Below, piece by piece: positions 1 through 9,689 of a DNA stretch of 16,869 nt. The notes below the pieces were generated by a model. The model made no database searches, was not told where the DNA came from, and was given only the letters and a program-made list of their open reading frames with translations. A program made the translations under genes and the position numbers. Positions within the stretch are counted from its first letter, which is position 1. Each line of letters begins with the position of its first letter. The DNA is from Octopus sinensis (Eukaryota), in the NCBI RefSeq assembly GCF_006345805.1, contig NW_021825085.1, positions 1-16,869 on the forward strand, given 5' to 3'.

Positions 1-67
1 TTGGGCATTTTTGTTTAGAGTACTATTTTCCTCCACCTTGTTTCGCATTTATGTCCTTACTCTGGTG

Positions 68-113
68 TATACATACTACAACTACATACATACATACATA
101 CATACATCTACAA

Positions 114-147
<34 letters not shown>

Positions 148-172
148 ATATACATACATACATATATACATC
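68..172. repeat. (TACA)n microsatellite
   Basis: Direct reading: tandem TACA units with occasional TA variants. Confidence 0.95.
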
Positions 173-424
173 GAAACACGCATTGAGTCGAACCAGGGCA
201 AATCTGAAGAAGGGGAATGGTTCCTTGTGTTGTTTTGTCTTGTACTCTGTGTTTGTTGTTAAAAAAAAGTCCGTTTCCTTGTTTGTGTTTATGTTTTCCC
301 GTTTCTCGTTATGTTCTACGTTTATTTGTGTGTCCGTACTCAATATATGCATGTATATATACATATAGATGTAGGCATGTACATATGTATGTTATATGCA
401 TAGGTTTTATTTATTAAATTGTTA

Positions 425-463
425 TTACATACATACATACATACACACACTCATACACACACA

Positions 464-495
<32 letters not shown>

Positions 496-547
496 ACAAC
501 ACATACATACATCATACATACATACATACATATACATATATCCAACA

Positions 548-581
<34 letters not shown>

Positions 582-785
582 CACACATACATATACATAC
601 ATACATACATACGTACATATATACATACTACATACATACATACATAGGCATGCTACATTCATACATACATACATACATACATACATACATACCCATATAC
701 ATACATACATACGTACATACATACATACATACATACATACATACATACATACATACATACATACATACATACATACATACATACA
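425..785. repeat. (TACA)n microsatellite, about 360 bp
   Basis: Tandem TACA; source of the spurious HTYI/MYVC ORFs. Confidence 0.97.
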
Positions 786-986
786 ATTTGTGTATATGTG
801 AATACATATATACTCACAAACACCAATTCTCTAGACGCGTGCGTCTGTCACAGTGTGATCATGTGCTTGGCGGTACTTTCTGAAGAAGACAGGCGACATT
901 TTTAGAGGCAGAAGCACACTCGAGAGGCGGGTCGCGAGATCAAAATAGACCTGGGCTAAGAATAATAACCGCCATAAACACATACA

Positions 987-987
<1 letters not shown>

Positions 988-1017
<30 letters not shown>

Positions 1018-1461
1018 TGTATGTATGTATGTATGTATGTATGTATGTATGTACGAATGTATGTATGTATGTATGTATGTATGCATGTATGAATGTATGA
1101 ATGTATGTATGTGTGTATGTATGTATGTATGTATGTATGTATGTATGTATGTATGTATGTATGCATGTATGCATGTATGCATGTATGTATGTATGTATGT
1201 ATGCATGTATGCATGTATGTATGCATGTATGTATGTATGTATGTATGTATGTACGAATGTATGTATGTATGCATGTATGTATGTATGTATGTATGTATGT
1301 ATGTATGTACGAATGTATGTATGTATGTATGTGTGTGTATGTATGTATGTATGTATGTATGTATGTATGTATGTATGTATGCATGTATGTATGTATGTAT
1401 GCATGTATGTATGTGTGTATGTATGTATGTATGTATGTATGTATGTATGTATGTATGTGTG

Positions 1462-1495
<34 letters not shown>

Positions 1496-1905
1496 TGTAT
1501 GCATGTATGTATGTATGTATGCATGTATGTATGTATGTATGTGTGTATATATGTGTATGTATGTATGTATGTATGTATGTATGTATGTATGTATGTATGC
1601 ATGTATGTATGTGTGTATGTATGTATGTATGTATGTACGTATGTATGTATGCATGTATGTATGTATGTATGTATGCATGTATGTATGTATGTATGTATGT
1701 ACGTATGTATGTATGCATGTATGTATGCATGTATGCATGTATGCATGTATGTATGTATGTATGTATGTATGTGTGTGTGTATGTATGTATGTATGTATGT
1801 ATGTATGTATGTATGCATGTATGTATGTATGTACGAATGTATGTATATATGTATATATGCATATATGTATGTACGAATGTATGTATGCATGTATGTTTTG
1901 GTATA
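988..1905. repeat. (TATG)n microsatellite, about 900 bp, inverted relative to 425-785
   Basis: Tandem TATG with recurrent TGCA, GTACGAAT and GTGT variants; decays into mixed TA/TG up to about 2085. Confidence 0.97.
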
Positions 1906-2132
1906 AATATATACGTATGCACTTATGTATATTGTATGTGTATATATGTATATGTGTGCGCGTTTATACATACATAAAATCTATCTATCTATATGCGTGT
2001 GTGTAAGTGTGTGTGTCTGTCTGCCTGTGTGTCTGCATATATATATATATATGTATGTATGTTCGTATATATGTATGTATATACAGATAATAAATCCCTT
2101 TTATGAGCGCTAATGTGAGACAATAATAACAA

Positions 2133-2204
2133 GCCCTCCCGTGAGACTTGAACCCGCCATCTACCGTGTTCTGGGCGACCGCGTTAACGATTACACAAAA
2201 GAGC
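2133..2204 (-). pseudogene. Degenerate tRNA-like sequence (tRNA pseudogene or SINE head)
   Basis: 72 nt on the minus strand. Acceptor GCTCTTT/GGAGGGC pairs fully with G-U wobbles, D stem GTGT/ACGC, T arm GCGGG-TTCAAGT-CTCAC with a B-box (GTTCAAGTC). The anticodon arm is poor (C33, C-A mismatch) and one base is missing at positions 8-9, so no isotype is assigned. Confidence 0.55.
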
Positions 2205-2360
2205 GTTTGCTGTCTTCTCTTCAATTAGATTAAATAAATGTTTATTCTAGGCACGCATATACACACAGCGGCATAAGCATATATACACACATGTATAGAT
2301 GTGTGCGTGCCTGCGTGCGTGCGTGTGTGTCTATTTGTAACTCTCTCTCCCTCCCTATAC

Positions 2361-2374
2361 TTATATAAACACAC

Positions 2375-2408
<34 letters not shown>

Positions 2409-2469
2409 TATATATATATACATACATTTATACACATATATACATGCATACAAACACACACACACACAT

Positions 2470-2518
<49 letters not shown>

Positions 2519-2568
2519 AATATATATATATATATTATATATACATGCATACAAACACACACACACAT

Positions 2569-2617
<49 letters not shown>

Positions 2618-2620
2618 ATA
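2361..2620. repeat. Compound (CA)n/(TA)n tract with a roughly 100-bp tandem duplication
   Basis: The unit TACATGCATACAAACACAC...(TA)n starts at 2441 and again at 2542; a partial third unit lies at about 2364. Confidence 0.85.
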
Positions 2621-2714
2621 AGTTCAGCAAAATTTAGATTCAAATGAATATGGTACTTAATTTAGATGCACCAGAATCTTGTATGATGTAATCCATAAAA
2701 ATCCGTGAGGTGAT

Positions 2715-2873
2715 TATAATCAGAATAAGCAAAAGAATGACTCCGGTAATTTGGTACGATCGTTTCGTACTACATCATTTAATCTGTTGCAATACTTACA
2801 ACATTTAATAAAATGATGTAGTACGAAACGATCGTACCAAATTACCAGAGTCATTCTTGTTGCTTATTCTGAT

Positions 2874-2877
<4 letters not shown>
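2715..2877. repeat. Long inverted repeat or foldback element (66/67-bp arms, 30-bp spacer)
   Basis: Arm 2715-2780 is the reverse complement of 2811-2877 apart from one substitution and one 1-nt indel; the right end runs into (TA)n. Confidence 0.9.
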
Positions 2878-2906
<29 letters not shown>

Positions 2907-3062
2907 TATATAGCTTCAACCGTGATTTCTGACGTAAATTTGCTACCCGGGTATCGTTTAACCGAATTATCCATACTAGGATAATTCATTCAACTACTTA
3001 AACATATATATATATATATATATAGATATATATGTACATACATATACATATATACATACATA

Positions 3063-3270
3063 TCTTTTATTTTTTTACTTGTTTCAGTCATTAGACTGCG
3101 GCCATGCTGGGGCACCGCCTTAAGTTTTTAGTCGAATGAATCGACCCCAAGTGATTTTTGTAAAGCCTGGTATTTTATTCTATCGGTCTCTTTTTGTCTA
3201 GCTGCTAAGCTATGTGGACGTAAAGACCAACACCGGTTGTCAAGTGGTGGGAAGGTGGGCAAACAAAGAC
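3063..3270 (-). mobile_element. SINE group A, 3' half
   Basis: Homologous to 3955-4150, 6243-6428 and 16565-16735 (CTTGTTTCAGTCATT..GACTGCGGCCATGCTGG..CACCGCC). Confidence 0.85.
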
Positions 3271-3548
3271 GCGCGCACACAGACACAGACACACATATAT
3301 ATATATGTAAACAGAGTTAGCGGTTATAATAACCGACTAAGGGATAAAATATCTGTATATACTATCGGTATTCGTTACCCGTGTTATCCCCCGGGCTATG
3401 GTGTGCAGGCGCACCATGCATATAGAGTGCAGGTAACAACAGGATAAACAAGAGTTTATCAGGAACCAATGCAAATAATTAGAAAAGGGAAAGAACCACA
3501 GATTAAGCAACACATCCGTGGGACCACCATTATAGCTTATTTTTTAAT

Positions 3549-3869
3549 GGTAGACTCTGCCGGTTACGACGACGAGGGTCCCAGCTGATACGATCAACGG
3601 AACAGCTTGCTCGTGAAATTAACGTGCAAATGGCTGAGCATTCCACAGACACGTGTACCCTTAACGTAGTTCTCGGGGATAATCAGCGTGACACAGAGAG
3701 TGACAAGGCTGACCCTTTGAAATACAAGTACAACTCATTTTTGCCAGCTGAGTGGACTGGAGCAACGTGAAATAAAGTGTCTTGCACAAGGACACAACGC
3801 GTCGCCGGGAATCGAACTCACAACCTTACGATCATGAGCCGAATGCCCTAACCACTAAGCCACGCGCCC
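3549..3869 (-). mobile_element. tRNA-derived SINE group B2, full length, with TSD
   Basis: Head GGGCGCGTGGCTTAGTGGTTAGG...GAGTTCGATTCCC (A and B boxes), CORE-like GTGTCCTTGTGCAAGACACTTT, 3' body shared with B1. Perfect 11-bp TSD TATTTTTTAAT at 3538-3548 and 3870-3880. Confidence 0.9.
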
Positions 3870-3954
3870 TATTTTTTAATACAAAGCATGACATAAGAAA
3901 TAGATGACGTAACATATTTTACGGCCATTACTGATCGGATTGCCAAAATGCAGC

Positions 3955-4371
3955 CTCTTTTACTCTTTTACATGCTTCAGTCATTTGACTGCGGCCATGC
4001 TGGAGCACCGCCTTTAGTCGAGCAACTCGACACCGGGACTTATTCTTTTGTAAGCCCAGTACTTATTCTATCGGTCTCCTTTTGCCGAACCGCTAAGTGA
4101 CGGGGACGTAAACACACCAGCATCGGTTGTCAAGCAATGCTAGAGGGACAAACACAAACACAAACACATACGCATACATACATATACATATATAAATATA
4201 CATATATACGACAGGCTTCTTTCAGTTTCCATCTACCAAATCCACTCACAAGGCATTGGTCGGCCCGGCGCTATAGCATAAGACACTTGCCCAAGATGCC
4301 ACGCAGTGGGACTGAACCCGGAACCCTGTGGTTGGTTAGCAAGCTACTTACCACACAGCCACTCCTGCGCC
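3955..4371 (-). mobile_element. tRNA-derived SINE group A, full length, with internal microsatellite
   Basis: Head GGCGCAGGAGTGGCTGTGTGGTAAG...GGTTCAGTCCC, CORE-like ATCTTGGGCAAGTGTCTT, internal (TA/TG)n and a (TAAAAGAG)-type tail; matches copies at 5922 and 16378. Confidence 0.9.
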
Positions 4372-4627
4372 TATAGATAAATGCGAGAGTCTTTACATAA
4401 ATGCGGGAATAAAGTTCTTCATCTTCATAGGGCATTCGAATTAAAGCAACGGAGCTTCATCAGAGTGAAAAACAAGAGCATCCAATATAAACAAAAGGAA
4501 GAAGGAAAAGGAAAGAAAACATGGGTGAGACAAATAGTCTAGAAGACCAATATGTTAAGAGCAAATAATTATTTACCATCAGGATTACAAGGTCGGTAGG
4601 TAAACACACACACACGCACAAGAACAC

Positions 4628-4780
4628 ACGACGGGTTCCTTTCAGTTTCCGTCTGGCAAATCCACTCACAAGGCTTTAGTCGGTGCGAGGCTATAGTAGA
4701 AGACACTTGCCCAAGGTGCCATGCAATGGGACTGAACTCGGAACCATTTGGTTGGGAAGCAAGCTTCTTACCACACAGCC
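4628..4780 (-). mobile_element. SINE group A, 5' half
   Basis: Homologous to 4208-4360. Confidence 0.85.
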
Positions 4781-4798
4781 TGCATTCATGTATAGTAT

Positions 4799-5182
4799 GG
4801 AAGCACTCCGTCGGTTACGACGATGAGGGTTCCGGTTGATCCGAATCAACGGAACAGCCTGCTCGTGAAATTAACGTGTAAGTGGCTGAGCACTCCACAG
4901 ACACGTGCACCCTTAACGTAGTTCTCGGGGATATTCAGCGTGACACAGAGAGTGACAAGGCCGGCCCTTTGAAATACAGGTACAACAGAAACAGGAAGTA
5001 AGAGTGAGAGAAAGTTGTGGTGAAAGAGTACAGCAGGGATCACCACCATCCTCTGCCGGAGCCTCGTGGAGCTTTAGGTGTTTTCGCTCAATAAACACTC
5101 ACAACGCCCGGTCTGGGAATCAAAACCGCGATACTCTGACCGCGAGTCCGCTGCCCTAACCACAGGGCCATTGCGCCTCCAC
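4799..5182 (-). mobile_element. tRNA-derived SINE group B1, full length, with TSD
   Basis: Near-identical reverse complement of 6749-7130. 12-bp TSD with one mismatch: CATGTATAGTAT (4787-4798) and CATATATAGTAT (5183-5194). Confidence 0.92.
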
Positions 5183-5202
5183 CATATATAGTATATTTAA
5201 TA

Positions 5203-5407
5203 ACAAGGCCAGAAAATTTAGTATGAAGAGTTCAGCCGATTCCATGAAGCCCAGTATGTGACTGGTACTTTATTTTCCTGCCTTATCGACTCCGAAGGAC
5301 AGAAAAGCAAAACTAATCTCAACAGGATTTGAACTCAAAACTTAAAGAACTGGAACAACTATCGCATTTTGTCTGATGCTCTAGCCATTCTGCAAACCGT
5401 TGCCTTA
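5203..5407 (-). mobile_element. Old, diverged SINE group C-like copy
   Basis: Recognisable blocks GACTGGTACTTTATT, ATCGACTCCGAAGG, GGATTTGAACTCA and GCATTTTGTCTGATGCTCTA are colinear with 5569-5782. Confidence 0.6.
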
Positions 5408-5568
5408 GTCATTAGTAGTACACCTTGGGAATTCTTTATTCAAAATTCCAAAATCCGAAAACTGACCCCAGAATCCAAATGAATTTTGAATGCCGACATG
5501 ACTCACGACAAATTGAAAATTCTAGAATGAGTAGTAAAAGTTCGATCAAGTACAACTGCTGTGTACTC

Positions 5569-5782
5569 AGGGGGCTAAACATAGAGGGGACAAACAAGGA
5601 CAGACAAACGTATTAAGTCGATTACATCGATCCCTGTGCGTAACTGGTACTTAATTTATCGACCCCGAAAGGATGAAAGGCAAAGTCGTCCTCGGCGGAA
5701 TTTGAACTCAGAACGTAACGGCAGACGAAATACGGCTACGCATATTGCCCGGCGTGCTAACGATTCGGCCAGCTCGCCGCCT
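5569..5782 (-). mobile_element. tRNA-derived SINE group C
   Basis: Head GGCGGCGAGCTGGCCGAATCGTTAGC...GAGTTCAAATTCC and body CTTTCATCCTTTCGGGGTCGATAAATTAAGTACCAG; matches 12213-12448 and 16022-16230. Confidence 0.9.
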
Positions 5783-5921
5783 TCTGTCTGCAAGACAGTC
5801 GTCGCGACCTTGATTGTTCATGGCTCTGGCATGATTTGATAAGCTTTCTCCAAACTGGTCGGTTTTTCGCTTGGGTTACACTCAACTTGTAACAGGTTCA
5901 AATTGAAAGGTAGTCAGTATA

Positions 5922-6095
5922 GGCGCAGGAGTGGCTGCGTGGTAAGTAGCTTGCTTACCAACCACATGGTTCCGGGTTCAGTCCCACTGCGTGGAACCTT
6001 GGGCAAGTGTCTTCTGCTATAGCCTCGGGCCGACCAATGCCTTGTGAGTGGATTTGGTAGACGGAAACTGAAAGAAGCCCGTCGTGTATATATAT

Positions 6096-6129
<34 letters not shown>

Positions 6130-6428
6130 ATATATATATATAAAGTTAATCCAAACAAGAAAACACAAAAAAAAGAGAAAAAAACACAGCAACGCAGGAC
6201 GTGGAATAATTAAAGTATTATTGACGCTCAGGAAAGAAGGGATGTCCCCCTAGCATTGCTTGGCAACCGATGCTGGTGTGATTACGTCCCCGTCACTTAG
6301 CGGTTCAGCAAAAGAGACCGATAGAATAAGTACTGGGCTTACAAAGAATAAGTCCCGGGGTCGATTTGCTCGACTAAAGGCGGTGCTCCAGCATGGCCGC
6401 AGTCAAATGACTGAAACAAGTAAAAGAG
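5922..6428 (+). mobile_element. SINE group A, full length, with an unrelated 100-bp segment (6142-6241) in its internal (TA)n
   Basis: Head at 5922-6085, (TA)n at 6086-6141, foreign segment, then the normal 3' half from about 6243. Confidence 0.9.
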
Positions 6429-6748
6429 TAAAAAAAGAAAGAGTGTGTTTGTGTAGTGGGACGGTAATATTTTGTGTCGCCAAAGTATATTATACGTCAT
6501 GATAGATGAAGCGATTTAAAGTTTTGCTTTGCTGAGAGCGGCTCCCGACCGTTATTTAATCATAACACTTTCACCCTCTTTCACTCTTTCTCTCTCTCTT
6601 TCTGTTCCTCTTCCTCTTTTTCTGTCTCTCACCACTCAGAAGCACATATATAACATGTATGATTTTAGAAATTATATATACACACAGCACATGCTGAAGC
6701 AACATTGTGACGAGGTGTGTCTCTATCGCTGCTATACTATCCGAGGGT

Positions 6749-7133
6749 GGAGGCGCAATGGCCCAGTGGTTAGGGCAGCGGACTCGCGGTCGTAGGATCG
6801 CGGTTTCGATTCCCAGACCGGGCGTTGTGAGTGTTTATTGAGCGAAAACACCTAAAGCTCCACGAGGCTCCGGCAGGGATGGTGGTGATCCCTGCTGTAC
6901 TCTTTCACCACAACTTTCTCTCACTCTTACTTCCTGTTTCTGTTGTACCTGTATTTCAAAGGGCCGGCCTTGTCACTCTCTGTGTCACGCTGAATATCCC
7001 CGAGAACTACGTTAAGGGTACACGTGTCTGTGGAGTGCTCAGCCACTTACACGTTAATTTCACGAGCAGGCTGTTCCGTTGATTCGGATCAACCGGAACC
7101 CTCGTCGTCGTAACCGACGGAGTGCTTCCATCC
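6749..7133 (+). mobile_element. tRNA-derived SINE group B1, full length, with TSD
   Basis: A-box TGGCCCAGTGG (6759-6769), B-box GGTTTCGATTCCC (6802-6814). 12-bp TSD with one mismatch: ACTATCCGAGGG (6736-6747) and ACTATCCAAGGG (7134-7145). Confidence 0.92.
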
Positions 7134-7275
7134 ACTATCCAAGGGGAGACAAGACATTCATCAATTGATAACAGCCTCTAAATTCCTAAGTAGAGGTAGG
7201 GTGGTTGAAATACATATGACTATACACCGTCTTTTCAAAAGTCTTTTTTATAAAGATAGTATTTACCTATAGCAA

Positions 7276-7440
7276 ACGCGCGGTCCTGGTGCTTAGGGTT
7301 GTTACACTCACGACCACAAAATCGTGGTTTCGATTCCCAGACCAGGCAGTGTGTCGTGTTTTTGAGCAAAACATGTCATTTCGCATTGCTCCGGTCCACT
7401 CAGCTGTGAGTAAGCCAGCAGTGGACTGGCGTCTCGTTCA
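7276..7440 (+). mobile_element. Diverged tRNA/CORE-type SINE fragment related to the B2 head
   Basis: GGTTTCGATTCCCAGACC B-box and GTGTTTTTGAGCAAAAC...TTGCTCCGGTCCACTCAGCTG, similar to the B2 5' half; the downstream sequence differs. Confidence 0.65.
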
Positions 7441-7527
7441 TATTGTAATCTCAGTCACTTACATGCCATGGAAACTAGATAACTACTCTTATGAGTCCTA
7501 GGATTCGAGGCAGTAATATCCAGAGGT

Positions 7528-7826
7528 TGATGATGATGATGATGATGATGTTGATGACGACGATGATAATGATGATGATGATGATGATGAGAACGACGGC
7601 GACAAAGATGATGATGATTGTGATGATAATGATGATGATGATGATGTTCGTACTGCTGACGTTGTTGATGACAATGGAGATGATGATGATGGTGATGGTT
7701 ATGATGATGGTTATGATGATGATGATGATGATGATGATAATGATGATGATGGCTATGATTATGATGATGATGATGATGATGATGATGGCTATGATGATGA
7801 TGATGATGATGTTGATGACAATGATA

Positions 7827-7858
<32 letters not shown>

Positions 7859-7868
7859 TGATGATGAT
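7528..7868. repeat. (GAT)n trinucleotide microsatellite, about 340 bp
   Basis: Direct reading; source of the poly-Met and poly-His ORFs. Confidence 0.95.
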
Positions 7869-7995
7869 ATGGTGCTTGCCTATCCTAGAGTTCGAAAAGT
7901 TGTCTGTCGTTAGGTTGCTAATAATGGTTGTGTTTAGACCAAACCCCTTGAAGATCCGCATTAAGTTCATCTTAAATATATATCAAGAGGCGCTG

Positions 7996-8193
7996 GTAAA
8001 CACACCAACGCCAGTGGTCAAGCGGTGCTGGAAGACACACAGACACACACACACAGACACACACACACACACTCACACACACATGTAGAAAGCTTTGGTC
8101 GGCCCAAAACTATAGTGGAAGACACTTGTTAATGGTGCCATGCAGTGGGACTGAACTCGGAACCCTGTGGCTCGGAAACAAACTCCTTACCAC
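7996..8193 (-). mobile_element. Diverged SINE group A with internal deletion
   Basis: GTAAACACACCAAC..GGTCAAGCGGTG, a (CA)n tract, then GCTTTGGTCGGCCC..GAAGACACTTG..GGGACTGAACTCGGAACC..CTTACCACAC. Confidence 0.75.
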
Positions 8194-8202
8194 ACATTCT
8201 GA

Positions 8203-8475
8203 CGAAGCCCGACGTATACATACATACATACATTCATACATACATACATACATACATGCATGCATGCATGCATACATACATACATGCATACATACATACA
8301 TATACATATATATATATAATGTGTGTGTGTATATGTATGTGTATATATCACGTGATCACGTGATCACGTGACCGACCAGACCATCAGATGATGCTACACA
8401 TCGCTGGTCACAATGCGTTCGCATTGTTTTAGCCTTCGAATAACGCCACCCCGCTGGCTAAGCGAGCAGGCCAAT
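8203..8475 (+). mobile_element. Headless SINE group A-type copy with an alternative 3' tail
   Basis: Starts with GAAGCCCGACGTATA (end of the A head) and a microsatellite. The tail that follows (TCACGTGA..CCGACCAGACCATCAGATG..GCTGGCTAAGCGAGCAGGCCAA) is unlike the standard A tail. Confidence 0.55.
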
Positions 8476-8480
8476 GTATG

Positions 8481-8522
<42 letters not shown>

Positions 8523-8829
8523 AAAAGGATGTGTTATAATACTATTCCACAAACACAAAAACAGCCATACCAACAATCCAACATATCTTCCATCATCAGC
8601 TGCCCCACGGATATCATTATGGTTTCGACACCTGGGCAGTAACCATTCAATCCGGTGGTGTAAACAACACTAAAATAAGTGTTGTTTGGGAACAAACATA
8701 CCAAAGAAACCACAACTTTCAAACACATTTACTCATTGTACAACCGTATCGGTAAATAAATTCAATAAGCAAATTACAACCACTCCTAAATACGTAACTA
8801 AACAGCGACCATGTATGTATATATATATA

Positions 8830-9056
8830 TCTACGTGTGTGTGTCTTTGTGTTTGCGTTTGTCCCCGCTTCGCCGCTTGACAACCGTTGTTGGTGTGTTT
8901 AAGTCCCCCATAACTTAGCGGTTCGGCAAAAGAAAAACTATAAAATAAGTACTAGGCTTTAAAAATAAGCCCTAGGGTCGACTTGTTCGACTAAAAACCT
9001 TAAAGGCGGTGCTCCAGCATGGCTGTAGTCAAGTGAATGAACCAAGTAAAAGAATA
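8830..9056 (+). mobile_element. SINE group A, 3' half
   Basis: CGCTTGACAACCG..TAACTTAGCGGTTCGGCAAAAG..GGCGGTGCTCCAGCATGG..AAGTAAAAGA. Confidence 0.85.
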
Positions 9057-9074
9057 AATGAATTCATTATAATA

Positions 9075-9215
9075 TAAGGTTGTCCCAAAAGTTCGTAGAA
9101 AGTCTTGGAAAATAATGGTCTTTATTTTGAGGAATAATTTTTGTTGTTTTTGTTAGTACTTGGCGAGTAAAAATTCAATTTTCGCAAGTGTTTACGAACT
9201 TTTAGGACAACCTAA
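9075..9215. mobile_element. Mariner-type MITE, 141 bp
   Basis: TIRs TAAGGTTGTCCCAAAAGTTCGTA and TACGAACTTTTAGGACAACCTAA (2 mismatches), TA on both sides (9073-9074, 9216-9217). The TTAGGTTG terminus resembles Hsmar1/MADE1. Confidence 0.85.
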
Positions 9216-9320
9216 TATTTATAAAAATACAGTAAGATTTGGACTTTTTTTGAGGCGACCCCCAATAGTCAAGGCCTGTCGCACCATATTCTCGTAACTG
9301 GGGGCAGCATTACTCTAGAC

Positions 9321-9539
9321 CAGTGGTTTTCAACCAGTGTTGCGCGGAACCTTAGGGTTCCACCAGTACAGTCCAGGGGTTCCGCAAGAAGTTACAAAAC
9401 TGCTAAAATCGGCAGTAATTTTTAAGTCTCCTGTGCAGATATGTGTGGATAAGACTATTAAATTATTGCACAGGGGTTCCTCGAGCCAGTGAAATGCTTC
9501 CTTGGGGTTCCGCTCCAGCAAAAAATTTGAAAAGCACTG
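9321..9539. mobile_element. hAT (Charlie-type) MITE with 8-bp TSD
   Basis: TIRs CAGTGGTTTTCAA and TTGAAAAGCACTG; TSD CTCTAGAC (9313-9320) and TTCTAGAC (9540-9547), matching the nTCTAGAn target preference. Confidence 0.88.
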
Positions 9540-9556
9540 TTCTAGACTCTTTAGAT

Positions 9557-9679
9557 CAGTGGTTCACAGCCGGAGTCCATATGGCCCTTGAGGGTCCATA
9601 TAAGAATGTCTATGGAAGTTCAGTAAATGAAAAGAGGAACCCAGGGGGTCCCTAGGCAAAATATGGTTGAGAACCACTG
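9557..9679. mobile_element. Second hAT (Charlie-type) MITE
   Basis: TIRs CAGTGGTTCACAGCC and GGTTGAGAACCACTG (2 mismatches). Left flank CTTTAGAT is target-like; the right flank does not match it. Confidence 0.75.
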
Positions 9680-9689
9680 GTCTGCCGTC

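Noticed and set aside
173-225. CGAAAC...GTC...CTGAAGA hammerhead-like words
   Set aside because: Stems I and III cannot be formed convincingly.
23-2647. Long ORFs of up to 363 aa made of HTYI/MYVC/IY repeats
   Set aside because: They are translations of (TACA)n and (TA)n, which lack stop codons in these frames; there is no non-repetitive domain.
5790-5900. Minus-strand AKNRPVWRKLI resembling a LINE C-terminal DRxxWR motif
   Set aside because: Too short, with no further colinear motifs, to support a call.
6749-6825. SINE heads as genuine tRNA genes (also 3800-3869, 4300-4371, 5700-5782)
   Set aside because: No complete cloverleaf with a paired acceptor stem; each continues into a shared SINE body, several with TSDs.
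4846-7082. Duplicated ORFs MFIERKHLKLHEAP... and MVVIPAVLFHHN...
   Set aside because: They recur only because they lie within the two B1 SINE copies.
7455-7970. Poly-His and poly-Met ORFs, and a stop-free poly-Asp frame resembling acidic shell-matrix proteins
   Set aside because: (GAT)n stays open in these frames under neutral mutation. The Asp frame has no start codon or signal peptide, and no splice evidence is available.
7996-8475. Back-to-back SINE A pieces as a twin-priming inversion
   Set aside because: The minus copy has its own 3' part (7996-8040), so these are two independent copies.
8585-8650. CGAAAC and CTGATGA on the minus strand with a CTGCCC/GGGCAG stem, suggesting a hammerhead
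   Set aside because: Block order is not a valid type I, II or III topology, and the would-be stem II strands are not complementary.
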